Counted from the stretch's first letter, positions 8,422 to 17,109 are shown. The stretch is 38,597 bases of DNA from an uncultured Verrucomicrobiae bacterium (GCA_963788655.1 CAWBHS010000115.1:1-38597); one strand, 5' to 3'. The notes: generated from the letters alone by a model not told the origin. Numbers and translations are program-made.

Positions 8422-8880
8422 ATGACTCCGAAGCCTGGAAAATCCGCCCGGCCATCCAAAGCGGGCAGCGCCCGAAAGCAACAGGCCGAAAACCTGTCGC
8501 AGACGCGGCGGGAACACGCGAATGAAATCGCCGAGGACTATGTGGAAGCCATTGCCGATCTCGTGACGGAGACGGGTGAGGCGCGGGTGGTGGACCTGGC
8601 CAAACGGCTGGGCGTGACCCACGTCACCGTCAACCGCACCATTGCCCGTCTGCAAAAGTCCGGCTTCGTCACGTCGCAGCCCTATCGGGCGATATTCCTG
8701 ACTTTGGCGGGGCGTGAACTGGCGGCAACGTGCAAGCGCCGGCATGAAACGGTGGTCGCTTTTCTCCGTTCAATGGGAGTTTCCGAGCGGGCGGCGGAAA
8801 TGGACGCCGAAGGGATCGAGCACCATGTCAGTCCGGAAACCCTGACGGCCTTCCAACGGCATCTCACGCAAACTGGCTGA
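8422..8880 (+). CDS. mntR: Manganese-binding transcriptional regulator MntR (DtxR family)
   Basis: AEDYVEAIADL, ARVVDLAKRLGV.HVTV, PYRAIFLT, RHE.V..FL, DAEGIEHHVS; E. coli MntR-like without FeoA domain. Start ATG 8422 preferred because 8332 overlaps the operator. Confidence 0.93.
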   Translation: MTPKPGKSARPSKAGSARKQQAENLSQTRREHANEIAEDYVEAIADLVTETGEARVVDLAKRLGVTHVTVNRTIARLQKSGFVTSQPYRAIFLTLAGRELAATCKRRHETVVAFLRSMGVSERAAEMDAEGIEHHVSPETLTAFQRHLTQTG

Positions 8881-9045
8881 CGACATGCGCCCTCCCGACG
8901 GTGCGGCAGAGTTCGTGACGGCGCCGGCTTCGCGGGAGTGATGGCGTTTTCCCCCGGCTCTGGCCGCCGAGGTCAGCCCTGCCGTTGGCAGCTTGCCCTT
9001 AATCGGCATATCAGCGTGCCCACCAGCTCGAATAGTTACACGCGC

Positions 9046-9117
9046 TGTAGCCGCCGCCGTGAGGAGGCGGACCTGATGGCTAATTCTGAGCTGCGCCTCC
9101 TTACGTTGGCGGCTACA
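9046..9117. repeat. REP-like inverted pair (GTAG-type REPIN)
   Basis: tgtagccgccgccgtgaggaggcg (9046-9069) and cgcctccttacgttggcggctaca (9094-9117): 24-bp arms, 3 mismatches. Confidence 0.85.
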
Positions 9118-9338
9118 GGCTGTGGGCATTTTAAGCTCGGGGGGAACTGTCAGGGTTAGCTGCCATGCCGCCAATGGCCGCGCAAGGACGCCTTTGGTTT
9201 CTGAGCCGGCGGGTTTGCCGGGAAACTTGTTCCCAATCTTGCGCCACGACCTTTGGTGGTACGCCGACCGTAGCGAATATGCAGGAACAGCAGAACCGGT
9301 CCGGTCACGCCGAGCCAAAGGTGAACATTCGCCAAGTC

Positions 9339-9540
9339 TTGGAGTGCCTGCGGTGTTCCGCCGCTATCGAACGACTCGTCCTCCCTGAGATCAGGAGTGC
9401 GTCGGCTAATTTGCCCAGGCACCCGCCGTGCGAAAGCGCCGGCAAGCCGGACGCACTCCAAACGCTGGCGCGTCGTGGCGGATGGGCCCAGCCCAATGTC
9501 GCGCAGCGTTTGGAGTGCGTGGAGCTTGCTCCCGCTTTCG
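9339..9540. repeat. Cluster of three alternating REP-like elements (TTGGAGTGC family)
   Basis: Copies at 9339-9369 (+), 9431-9472 (-) and 9500-9540 (+). The last two are near reverse complements over ~41 bp and each contains an internal hairpin. Confidence 0.85.
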
Positions 9541-9634
9541 TTGGAAACGAAACATGCACAGCTCCAGCAACGCCACGCACGGACATCGCCAACTTAAGCT
9601 CGCTCTCCCCGATTGCCGCTGCATCACTGGAGAT

Positions 9635-9872
9635 ATGAAATCAATCCTGTTTGCCGGCTGCGCTTTCGTCGCCGTTCTCATCTTTGGGCAACCCGCGCCT
9701 TCGAACGCGGCTGCCCCGGAACCAGCCCGCGGTGCCGACGTTAAACCGACCTCGCCCGCCCCAGCCGCATCCCCGGCGAAACGGGCCATCGACCAACTCA
9801 CTCAGGCGTACGCCCAGTTGCGCGATGGCAAACTCGACGCCGCAAAGCAGGAATTCGAGCAGCTCCTTAACC
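9635..9872 (+). pseudogene. 5' end of a secreted protein (signal peptide, Pro/Ala linker, start of a TPR-like helix pair) truncated by IS66
   Basis: MKSILFAGCAFVAVLIFGQPAPSNA.. then AYAQLRDGKLDAAKQEFEQLL; frame runs into IS66 sequence at ~9873. Confidence 0.6.
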
Positions 9873-9930
9873 GTATCCGGGTGAGTAACCCGTCTAGTCG
9901 GCGGCGGGCGAGGCGTGCGAAGCTGACGGC

Positions 9931-10260
9931 ATGCGAATTAAATCATCCGCTCGACAACAACGCAGCGCTTCCGACAAGGCCCGAATTCTCGCCGCTTAGC
10001 AACGCTGGGAACTCACCGATAAAGCCTTTGCCGCCCAGCAGGGCGTCGGCCTCTCCACCCTTTATGGCTGGCAGCGGCGGCAACGGACACGCGCGGCCGC
10101 CGGCCAGGCGCAGTGGGTCGAAGTCCCCAATCTGTTAACGAAGGAGACCACCCCAGCCCCCTACCGATTGCATTTACCGGGCGGTCGAATGCTGGAGGTC
10201 ACCCGAAACTTCGAGCCGGGTGAAGTGCGGCTGCTGGCGCAATTGCTTCAGAGCCTATGA
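9931..10260 (+). pseudogene. tnpA: IS66 accessory protein TnpA with in-frame TAG at 9997-9999
   Basis: Manual translation gives an HTH (AFAAQQGVGLSTLYGW) and the C-terminal LPGG-L-V motif; missed by the ORF track because of the stop. Confidence 0.8.
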
Positions 10261-10408
10261 TGCCCATCGGACCGGCCACGCGCATTTACCTGGCGGCCGG
10301 CGCCACGGATCTGCGCCAGAGTTTTGAGGGACTGAGCGACTTGGTGCGGCACCGCTTCCACGAGGATCCCCTCAGCGGTCATCTCTTTGTTTTTGCCAAC
10401 CGCCGGCG
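10257..10408 (+). pseudogene. tnpB: IS66 accessory protein TnpB, N-terminal ~50 codons
   Basis: RIYLAAGATDLRQSFEGL and DPLSGHLFVFANRRR match IS66 Orf2 (TDMRKSFDGL/DPxSGHLFVFxNR). Confidence 0.88.
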
Positions 10409-10558
10409 TTGTCGGTTGGTAAACACGTAAAGATGACCGGATAGTGGATCCTCCGCCAAGTGCTGTTGGACCCAGGCACAGAGCCGGTTGAACGAAGCGC
10501 GCAAATCCACCGGATCCAGGGCCACAAAAATCCGCGTCGCCGGAGTGAGGGTAAACAT
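10407..10558 (-). pseudogene. tnpB: IS66 accessory protein TnpB, N-terminal ~50 codons (second copy)
   Basis: MFTLTPATRIFVALDPVDLRASFNRL...EDPLSGHLYVFTNRQR (manual translation). Confidence 0.88.
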
Positions 10559-10561
10559 CGC

Positions 10562-10906
10562 TCAACTCCTGTCCAACAACGCGGCCACCGCTTCGCGCGC
10601 GAAGTCACCTCGTAGCCGAACGGTCCAACCGTCGGGCAGACTGATCTCGGCGGCCCACGGTGTCGCTGAGGTCCAGTCGTTGCGCTGGATTTCCTGCAAG
10701 CGGGGAGCGGGAATTGGACTCTTCTTTACTGGTTTCGGGTGATAGAGCCAGTAGCGCAGGCGGCTCACGGGCAGCCCGTGTCTCTGGGCAAAGGTCCGCT
10801 GGCTTAGCCCGCTGCGACGGTAGCGCTCGATCCAGCGGGAGGATTCTGCGGGTTGGGGACCAGAAGAATTTAAAGGTTGGAGTAAGTTTTGACGCGATGC
10901 ATTCAT
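10562..10906 (-). CDS. tnpA: IS66 accessory protein TnpA
   Basis: WIERYRRSGLSQRTFAQRHGLPVSRLRYW HTH and EISLPDGWTVRL motif; directly upstream of tnpB. Confidence 0.85.
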   Translation of the reverse strand: MNASRQNLLQPLNSSGPQPAESSRWIERYRRSGLSQRTFAQRHGLPVSRLRYWLYHPKPVKKSPIPAPRLQEIQRNDWTSATPWAAEISLPDGWTVRLRGDFAREAVAALLDRS

Positions 10907-11181
10907 CGCTCAAGGTTAAATCACCTCAGCCCCCTGTCGCTAGTGCCCCTTCCACTGACGCATACGCTGCTTAAGCGTACCAACGGTTGGAATAGCAGAA
11001 TTAGGCAGAAAACCTTGGGTCTTCATAGGGGCAAGAACACCCGATTTTGCCACCATTGTCAACTCCGAATTCTTTGCTCATCGAAATCTCAAATTGTTCG
11101 AAGGTGGATGGCCGATGGAACAGGCAGCGTTGTCCGCGCCTGTGGGCCGATACCAATCCCCGCGCTAAACGCCGGGGTTGG

Positions 11182-14037
11182 TCATGGGTCGTCCCCCCGC
11201 GCCGGCAGCGGCACGATGGCTTGCAGGGTGGTGCCGTGACGGGTTGAGCGAATTTCCAGCCGGCCACCGAGTTGCCGGACCCGTTCCCGCATGCCCGGAA
11301 TGCCAACGCCAAGGCCTTGCGTTGCATGGTCGGTGGCTTTCAATTTGTCCGGCGGAATCCCCCGGCCAGTATCGGCAATTTCGAGCCAAATCTCGTTTTC
11401 ATCCTGCCACAAGCGGACCGCCGCCGTGGGGCTGCCCGAGTGGCGATGGATGTTAATCAAGCCTTCCTGCGCCACCCGGAAGCAGGCCAGTTCAGCTTCC
11501 TTGGGAAGTGGTCCCAGTTCGGCGGCCAAGTCGCACTCGACCTGAATCCCGCTCCGTTGCTCGAAGCCCATCGCGTAATCGCGCAACGCGCCTTGCAGCC
11601 CCAAGTCTTCCAACACTGGCGGATGGAGCAGGTAGGCAAACGTGCGCAACTGTTCGGTGCATTGATGGGCCAGTTGCAGGGACTCTTCCAGCACCTTCCC
11701 GCCGGCAGGATCGGTACGCGGGACACTTTCTTGGAGGGCCCGCAAATTCATGTTTAACGCCACCAGGTTCTGGCCGGTGGTGTCGTGCAGTTCGCGGGCG
11801 ATGCTGCGCTGCACGGCCTCCTGGGTGTGCAGCAGGCGGCCGGAAATGTCGCGCAATTCCTGTTCGGCCCTTTTGAGCTTGGTAATGTCATGGGCCACGG
11901 TGGAAAAATACCGCACCGAACCGTCAGCCGCTTGGTGGGCGACCACCACTTGCAGTGTGGGAATCTCCCGGCCGTCGCGAGCACGCCACACAATCTGGCC
12001 GCTCCAGGTCCCGTCCCGCTGCGCGGCGGGCAAGGCGACATTAACCAGCTTCTCGTGAGATTGGGGCGGGTGGAAGTCCGCCATTTGCGCCGGCCCAAGT
12101 TCCTCCTGATCTCCCAGCCCGAGCACGCGGCGCGCGGCGCGGTTGAGATAGAAAATATGACCTTCCGGCGTGGCACTGCCCACGAAGTCCGGGGTAGCTT
12201 CCACGATTCCCGCCAGGCGCGCACGTTCCTCCTCCGTGCGTTTGCGTGCGGAAATGTCGCTCATGATCGCCAGAATGAGCCCATCGGGCAGCATTTTGGC
12301 CCGCAGTTCCCCCATAAACCGCGAGCCGTCGCTGCGGTTGCAACTCCATTCGCTGCAAATCGTTTCACCGGCGAAAATCCTGGCCATCGTTGCGGGCACG
12401 CGCGGCAGTTCTTCCGGAGCAATCAAATCACTGACGTGCCGCCCAATGATTTCGTCCTTGGACAAGCCGGGAATCAGGCAGCCGGCGGGATTGGTGCCCA
12501 CGAACCGACCGTCCTGATCCACCAGGAAAATGCCGTCCACGGATTGCTCGATGAGAGTCCGGTACTTGGCCTCACTGCGGCGAAGCGCTTCCTGGGCCCG
12601 CTTCCGCTCGGTGATGTCGAGCAACAATCCCAGAATGGCGGGCCGGCCCTCCCATTCGGCCAGACTGCCGAAGGCTTCCACGTCGATGCGCGTGCCATCT
12701 TGGCGGAGGCCGACAAAAAGATACTGCACGCTTTCAATCTCTCCGGCCAGGCGACGCCGGATATTTGCTTCGACGGCAGGGCGAGATTCCGGAGCGACAA
12801 CTTCCATGACGGATTCCAGCTTCAAGGATTCGCCCGGCTGGTAGCCGAAAATTTCTTCCAACCGCGGATTGGCATACACCACCCGGCCGTCCTGGATGAT
12901 GTAAACCCCGGCCAGCGCCTGTTCGACCAGCGGGCGGTATTTCGCCTCGGCGGCGCGGAGTCGTTCTTCGACTTGTTGGCGCGAGGTCGCCATGAGATTA
13001 AACGCACGGGCCAGTTCGATCACCTCGCGGGGACCTTGCTCCGGCACGCGGATTTCCCACTGTCCCTCACCCGCCTGCTGCAAGGCTTGAGCCAGAGCAC
13101 GAACGGATCGGTTGATGCGCCCGCTGAGCCAAAGCGCCAGGATCACCGTCAGCCCGATGAGCGCCAGCGCCAACAGGCTGCTCCGGAAGGCATTCTTGAC
13201 GACCGGCGCAAATGCGGCGGCCTTTGGCACGCCAACCACGACGCGCCAGTCAGCGTGGGACATCGCAGTGAATCCGTAGAGTCTCGCAACGCCATCGGGT
13301 TCCGTCGCCGTCGTCTCCCCTTCGGGTTGGGGCAGGAGCACTTGGGATTGCGCGCGGCCATGGCGGTTGGATCCCATCAGGCGCTCCGGTTCCAACGAGC
13401 AGGCCAGCACCATGCCCTGACCGTCCAAAATGGCGATAAGGCTTCCCTCCGGCAGTGATGAATTGGTGAGCACGTTTTGGAAGTTGTGCAAATCTATCGT
13501 GGCGCAAAGTCCACCGCGAAATACACCGGCTTCCGTGAAGACCGGGCAAGCCAGAATCGACACCCGGCGGCCATTGATCGGGTCTTCGAAGAGCCAACCC
13601 ACCGTGAACATTCGGGTTTCCTTCAATTGTTGAAACCAGCGGGCTTCCGCGAACGAAATTTTCGGCGTGGACGCTTGTGGGAGCGCGGAATGCACAAGCC
13701 GGCCATCCCGGTACACCAGGAATAGGTTCTGGAATTGCGGATACTGCGCTATGACGCGATCAAAGATACCCGGACGCAGGTTGGGATCCATGGCGCGCAC
13801 CCCGGAACCATCCGCGAATTGCGATAAGACCTCCTGGGAGCGAGACAGTTTTTCATCGAGGTGCGTGGCGGTCAGATGTGCGAGGGCCACCGCATTTTCG
13901 CGGGCCTGCCGCGCCTCGTTTCGCGCTGAATTGTAGATGCACAAGCAGAGCACTCCGGCAAACGGCAGGATCAGCGCCAGCGCCAGCAGTGACAACCACG
14001 TGCGAATGGACCAGGAAGCTTGCTTGAATGCAGCCAT
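11182..14037 (-). CDS. Membrane sensor histidine kinase: Cache - HAMP - 3x PAS - HisKA_3 - HATPase (NarX/UhpB/DegS-type)
   Basis: Two TM segments flanking a dCache-like domain, HAMP (GPREVIELARAFNLM), three PAS/PAC repeats (DITERK, DISARK, DITKLK), IARELHD H-box, LHPPVLEDLGL, QEGLINIHRHS, DTGRG, GVGIPGMRER. Start placed at ATG 14037; the longer ORF from 14565 crosses REP DNA. Confidence 0.92.
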   Translation of the reverse strand: MAAFKQASWSIRTWLSLLALALILPFAGVLCLCIYNSARNEARQARENAVALAHLTATHLDEKLSRSQEVLSQFADGSGVRAMDPNLRPGIFDRVIAQYPQFQNLFLVYRDGRLVHSALPQASTPKISFAEARWFQQLKETRMFTVGWLFEDPINGRRVSILACPVFTEAGVFRGGLCATIDLHNFQNVLTNSSLPEGSLIAILDGQGMVLACSLEPERLMGSNRHGRAQSQVLLPQPEGETTATEPDGVARLYGFTAMSHADWRVVVGVPKAAAFAPVVKNAFRSSLLALALIGLTVILALWLSGRINRSVRALAQALQQAGEGQWEIRVPEQGPREVIELARAFNLMATSRQQVEERLRAAEAKYRPLVEQALAGVYIIQDGRVVYANPRLEEIFGYQPGESLKLESVMEVVAPESRPAVEANIRRRLAGEIESVQYLFVGLRQDGTRIDVEAFGSLAEWEGRPAILGLLLDITERKRAQEALRRSEAKYRTLIEQSVDGIFLVDQDGRFVGTNPAGCLIPGLSKDEIIGRHVSDLIAPEELPRVPATMARIFAGETICSEWSCNRSDGSRFMGELRAKMLPDGLILAIMSDISARKRTEEERARLAGIVEATPDFVGSATPEGHIFYLNRAARRVLGLGDQEELGPAQMADFHPPQSHEKLVNVALPAAQRDGTWSGQIVWRARDGREIPTLQVVVAHQAADGSVRYFSTVAHDITKLKRAEQELRDISGRLLHTQEAVQRSIARELHDTTGQNLVALNMNLRALQESVPRTDPAGGKVLEESLQLAHQCTEQLRTFAYLLHPPVLEDLGLQGALRDYAMGFEQRSGIQVECDLAAELGPLPKEAELACFRVAQEGLINIHRHSGSPTAAVRLWQDENEIWLEIADTGRGIPPDKLKATDHATQGLGVGIPGMRERVRQLGGRLEIRSTRHGTTLQAIVPLPARGDDP

Positions 14038-14109
14038 AGCCGAATAAAACGTGGTTCCATCTTGGCCCCCGAACCTGGCCGTAACAAGGCCAAAGAGGCA
14101 AGATGTTTG

Positions 14110-14176
14110 CGCCTCGTTACGTCGGCTGCCACAGGATTTTGAAATTGCCTCAGCAGGTTGAAGATCTGCGTTACGG
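14110..14176 (-). repeat. Two adjacent REP-like elements of different families
   Basis: 14110-14133 revcomp tgtggcagccgacgtaacgaggcg (same family as 9046). 14151-14176 revcomp ccGTAAcgcagatcttcaacctgctg (tetranucleotide plus hairpin). Confidence 0.6.
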
Positions 14177-14661
14177 AGAGGCCGTGAAGTGGCGTGAGGC
14201 ATAGCCGTGCTCCTGTTCCAAACGTTGGCAAAGGGGCCTGGGCAGGCAGGATTAAGGGTGGAAGCGGTTGAGGGCCAGATCGACGAGCGAAAGAGTTGCA
14301 AGGTTGTTGTCATAGGCAAAGCGTTTCCCCACTGCACTGTTGGGGGGGACACGAACTGCCTGCGCCGATTCGAACCATTCAGTGTGATGCTCTGAGAATT
14401 GAATCTGCCATAACGCCAGCTCCGAAGATGGAGAAACAACGCTGCGGCCATCATGAACAATAACTGCCCATAACCTTCTCGGTGTTCCTCGTAACTCTGT
14501 GGTTCCTTCCAATGGGTCGCGCTTGCGGTGCCGCGATGAGTTAACCACGGCGCCACGAGGGACACCGAGGAGGAGTTGGCTCGGGTCAGTTTTTCCAGTG
14601 CTTTCTAAGCGAGTACGTGACCGTCCGGCGCGCTCGCTGCAAATCCAGATTGCGACGTTCG

Positions 14662-16080
14662 CTACTCGTTGATGAGTGTCAGCGCTTCCTGATCCTGTTG
14701 TTGTTTCAACCAGGCGATCAAGCGCTGCTTCAGGACCGTTACTCGTTCGGCATTCTTTCCTTGGGCGATGAGGTTGTTCAATTCATAAGGATCGTTTGCC
14801 GTGTCGTACAGCTCCCAGCGCGGATGATGTTCGATGGTGTTTAACAGCTTGGCGGCGGTCGGGTCGGTTCGCGCTTTGGCAACCCAGGTTTGATAGACTT
14901 CACCGTGACTGTCCGGGATGACCATGACCTTGGTAAAGTGCGTGGTCCATTTGTTTTCCGGTTTGAGGTTGAAGATGAGTTTCCAGCGCGGGTCACGCAC
15001 GCAGCGTTGCGGAAACATGTTCATCGTCCCGTCCCCCGTGTGGCTGGCGAAGATGAACGCGTGGTGCTGGCTCGTTTTTCCGATCAGCACGTCCTTGAAA
15101 CTGCTTCCGTCCAAGTCCGGTACGGGTTGCCCGCCGGCCAATTCCACGAACAGCGGCGTGAGATCGGCAAAGGAAATCATCGCGTCGGTGGTTGCTCCGG
15201 CCGGCACCACGCCGGGCCAGCACACGATGAACGGCACCCGCAAGCCGGTGTCGTAACAGGTCCATTTGCAGTGCGGCCATTCGGCGCCTTGATCGGTCGT
15301 GTAAATCACCATCGTGTTCGCGCCCCAGAAACCATGTCGCTTCAACGACGCCATCACCTCGCCCACACGCGTATCGACGGTCGTGATGTCTTGATAATAA
15401 TTGGCCAGGGCCCGGCGCGTTTTCGGGGTATCGACCATGATGGGCGGCAGCGGCAATTGCGCCGGGTCGTATATCCGGTTCTTCTCCCACACCACGTGCG
15501 GGCCATCGTCGCCGAGCAGCAGACAGAGCGGCTGGTTGGGATGCTCGCGGCGATGCGCGGCCAGGAAGGCATCCACCTGGCGCGGATCCAATCCCTCGGC
15601 GCGGTAACGGCGATTAATCGCCGGATTCTTCGGCAGCGTGGCCCGCAGCACCTCCCAGTCAAAGACCGACTTCGGGCGCACATCGGTCTTGTTGGCGGCG
15701 ACAACTCGGTAGCCGAGAGCCTGGAGATACGAGGGCAAGGATTTGAGGTCAGGCCGGCAATCCGTGTGATTGCCCATGGTGCCGTTGCGGGCCGAGTACA
15801 AGCCGGTGAACAGAATGGCGCGGGAAGGCGAGCAGGTCGGTGAGCCGGCAAAGGCGCGCGTGAAGCGCAGTCCTTCCCGCGCCAAAGCATCGATATTGGG
15901 CGTATGAATTACTTCATTGCCATAGCAGCCGACGAAGTCCACGCCATGATCGTCGGACAGATAAAGGATGATGTTGGGGCGCCGAGGCGGATCCGGCTGT
16001 TTCAGTGGCGGAAGGTCGGCAGCGTGCAGGGTTCCCCACATGGGCAACAGACAAAATGGGATGATGAAGCAGGATTTCAT
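14662..16080 (-). CDS. Secreted formylglycine-dependent sulfatase (sulfamidase/N-sulfoglucosamine sulfohydrolase-like)
   Basis: Signal peptide, PNIILYLSDDHG, TPNIDALA, CSPSRAILFTG (CxPxR), GLRVPFIV, WELYD..NDPYELNNL. Alternative start 16101. Confidence 0.93.
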   Translation of the reverse strand: MKSCFIIPFCLLPMWGTLHAADLPPLKQPDPPRRPNIILYLSDDHGVDFVGCYGNEVIHTPNIDALAREGLRFTRAFAGSPTCSPSRAILFTGLYSARNGTMGNHTDCRPDLKSLPSYLQALGYRVVAANKTDVRPKSVFDWEVLRATLPKNPAINRRYRAEGLDPRQVDAFLAAHRREHPNQPLCLLLGDDGPHVVWEKNRIYDPAQLPLPPIMVDTPKTRRALANYYQDITTVDTRVGEVMASLKRHGFWGANTMVIYTTDQGAEWPHCKWTCYDTGLRVPFIVCWPGVVPAGATTDAMISFADLTPLFVELAGGQPVPDLDGSSFKDVLIGKTSQHHAFIFASHTGDGTMNMFPQRCVRDPRWKLIFNLKPENKWTTHFTKVMVIPDSHGEVYQTWVAKARTDPTAAKLLNTIEHHPRWELYDTANDPYELNNLIAQGKNAERVTVLKQRLIAWLKQQQDQEALTLINE

Positions 16081-16359
16081 GGGCTGGATTCCTTTCGACA
16101 TTGGAATGGGATCCGTCGCGTCGTCCGAATGAACGCGACGATACCGAACGCGTGCTGCGGAGCCATCACCGCATGAATACGGCTCGGCTCAGGAAATTGA
16201 TCTTTCACAAGCACAGTTTCGAGCCTACCCACAATGGCCGCACGGTTTCCAGTGCTTGCTCGGTCTAATCAAGTCTCACGGGACGATTGTTCTGATTGCA
16301 CGTCGTTTGTCGCTCCACTTGGACGCAGTTTGCACCATTGCACCAAAGACGGCATTTAC

Positions 16360-16373
16360 TTGACTTAAATCAA
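16360..16373 (+). promoter_or_regulatory. FNR/CRP-family binding site upstream of hemerythrin gene
   Basis: TTGACTTAAATCAA vs consensus TTGAT-N4-ATCAA (1 mismatch). Centre 16366.5; -10-like TATCGT at 16397-16402. Confidence 0.8.
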
Positions 16374-16408
16374 CGCACCGGACCGCTGCTCCTCGTTATC
16401 GTCCAGTC

Positions 16409-17029
16409 ATGAACAAATGTATTGAAGCAATGATGCGGGAGCACGACCTGATCGTACAGGTGCTGGCCTCGTTGCAGGACTGGACGGAACAACATCGGGC
16501 GGGCGGCGTTCCCATCCGTCAGGATCTGGCGGACTTCGGCCGGTTCTTCCGCGATTTTGCCGACAAGTGTCACCACGGCAAAGAAGAGGACCGGCTGTTT
16601 GTCAAAATGGTCGAGAGTGGGTTTCCCCAGGATGCAGGACCGATCGCGGTGATGCTCGCCGAACATGATGAGGGCCGCGCGGAAGTGCGGGGCTTGCTCA
16701 AGATCGGCGCGGGCACCGGACCGGTTACCGAGGCGGAAAAAGCGAGCGCAGTCGAATACGCCAGTCGGCTCGTGCCGCTGCTCTATGCGCATATTCAAAA
16801 GGAAAACAACATCCTTTACCCGATGGCGCAACAGGCCATTCGCGCCGATGAGTTCGCGCGTCTGGATCAGGATTGCGAAGCCTTTGACCGCCACGTCAGT
16901 GAGACCTTGGATGTTGGCGGACTCAAAGATCTCGCCACGGACCTGAGGCGGCGTTTCCCGGCGGACCCCGCTCGCCTCGCGCAGCATGGAGGGTGTGGTG
17001 CCTGCCATCCCAGCGCCCAGCACGCATAA
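16409..17029 (+). CDS. Hemerythrin (HHE cation-binding) domain protein
   Basis: MREHDLI, DKCHHGKEEDRLF, MLAEHDEGR, HIQKENNILYP: H/HxxxE/H/HxxxE di-iron pattern. Confidence 0.93.
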   Translation: MNKCIEAMMREHDLIVQVLASLQDWTEQHRAGGVPIRQDLADFGRFFRDFADKCHHGKEEDRLFVKMVESGFPQDAGPIAVMLAEHDEGRAEVRGLLKIGAGTGPVTEAEKASAVEYASRLVPLLYAHIQKENNILYPMAQQAIRADEFARLDQDCEAFDRHVSETLDVGGLKDLATDLRRRFPADPARLAQHGGCGACHPSAQHA

Positions 17030-17049
17030 AGGACAAACGAGACGAATCC

Positions 17050-17063
17050 TTGAATTGGATCAA
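17050..17063 (+). promoter_or_regulatory. FNR/CRP-family binding site upstream of the nar operon
   Basis: TTGAATTGGATCAA (1 mismatch to TTGAT-N4-ATCAA), ~47 nt before ATG 17110. Confidence 0.75.
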
Positions 17064-17109
17064 CGCACCTTTGAGGTCACCTCGTTGGCTTCGGAACGAC
17101 TGAGATGGC

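Larger units (their letters stand above)
9873..10408 (+). mobile_element. IS66-family left half, copy 1 (putative IRL, tnpA with internal TAG, truncated tnpB)
   Basis: Putative end GTATCCGGGTGAGTAACCC (9873). tnpA 9931-10260 reads MRIKSSARQQRSASDKARILAA*QRWELTDKAFAAQQGVGLSTLYGW...LHLPGGRMLEV. tnpB from 10257 (ATGA overlap) reads MMPIGPATRIYLAAGATDLRQSFEGL...DPLSGHLFVFANRRR. No tnpC. Confidence 0.88.
10407..10965 (-). mobile_element. IS66-family left half, copy 2 (different element, inverted orientation)
   Basis: End GTATGCGTCAGTGG at 10965 resembles the IS66 GTAAGCGTC terminus. Contains tnpA 10562-10906 and tnpB from 10558 truncated at 10407. Confidence 0.88.

Noticed and set aside
9176..9222. 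GGCAAACCCGCC on the minus strand resembling a c-di-GMP-I riboswitch start
   Set aside because: The GNRA loop, complementary strand and GCAAAG junction that should follow are absent.
9997..9999. In-frame TAG in tnpA as possible recoding (pyrrolysine/readthrough)
   Set aside because: It lies in a defunct IS half lacking tnpC; a simple nonsense mutation is sufficient and other genes use TAG as a normal stop.
14038..14565. 176-aa N-terminal extension of the histidine kinase
   Set aside because: Crosses REP elements and has no recognisable domain; the typical kinase start (SIRTWL then TM1) follows ATG 14037. The overlapping 98-aa ORF 14252-14548 has no features I can support.
16320..16334. Sigma54 promoter-like TGGACGCAGTTTGCA
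   Set aside because: GG-to-GC spacing is one base short of the strict -24/-12 requirement.
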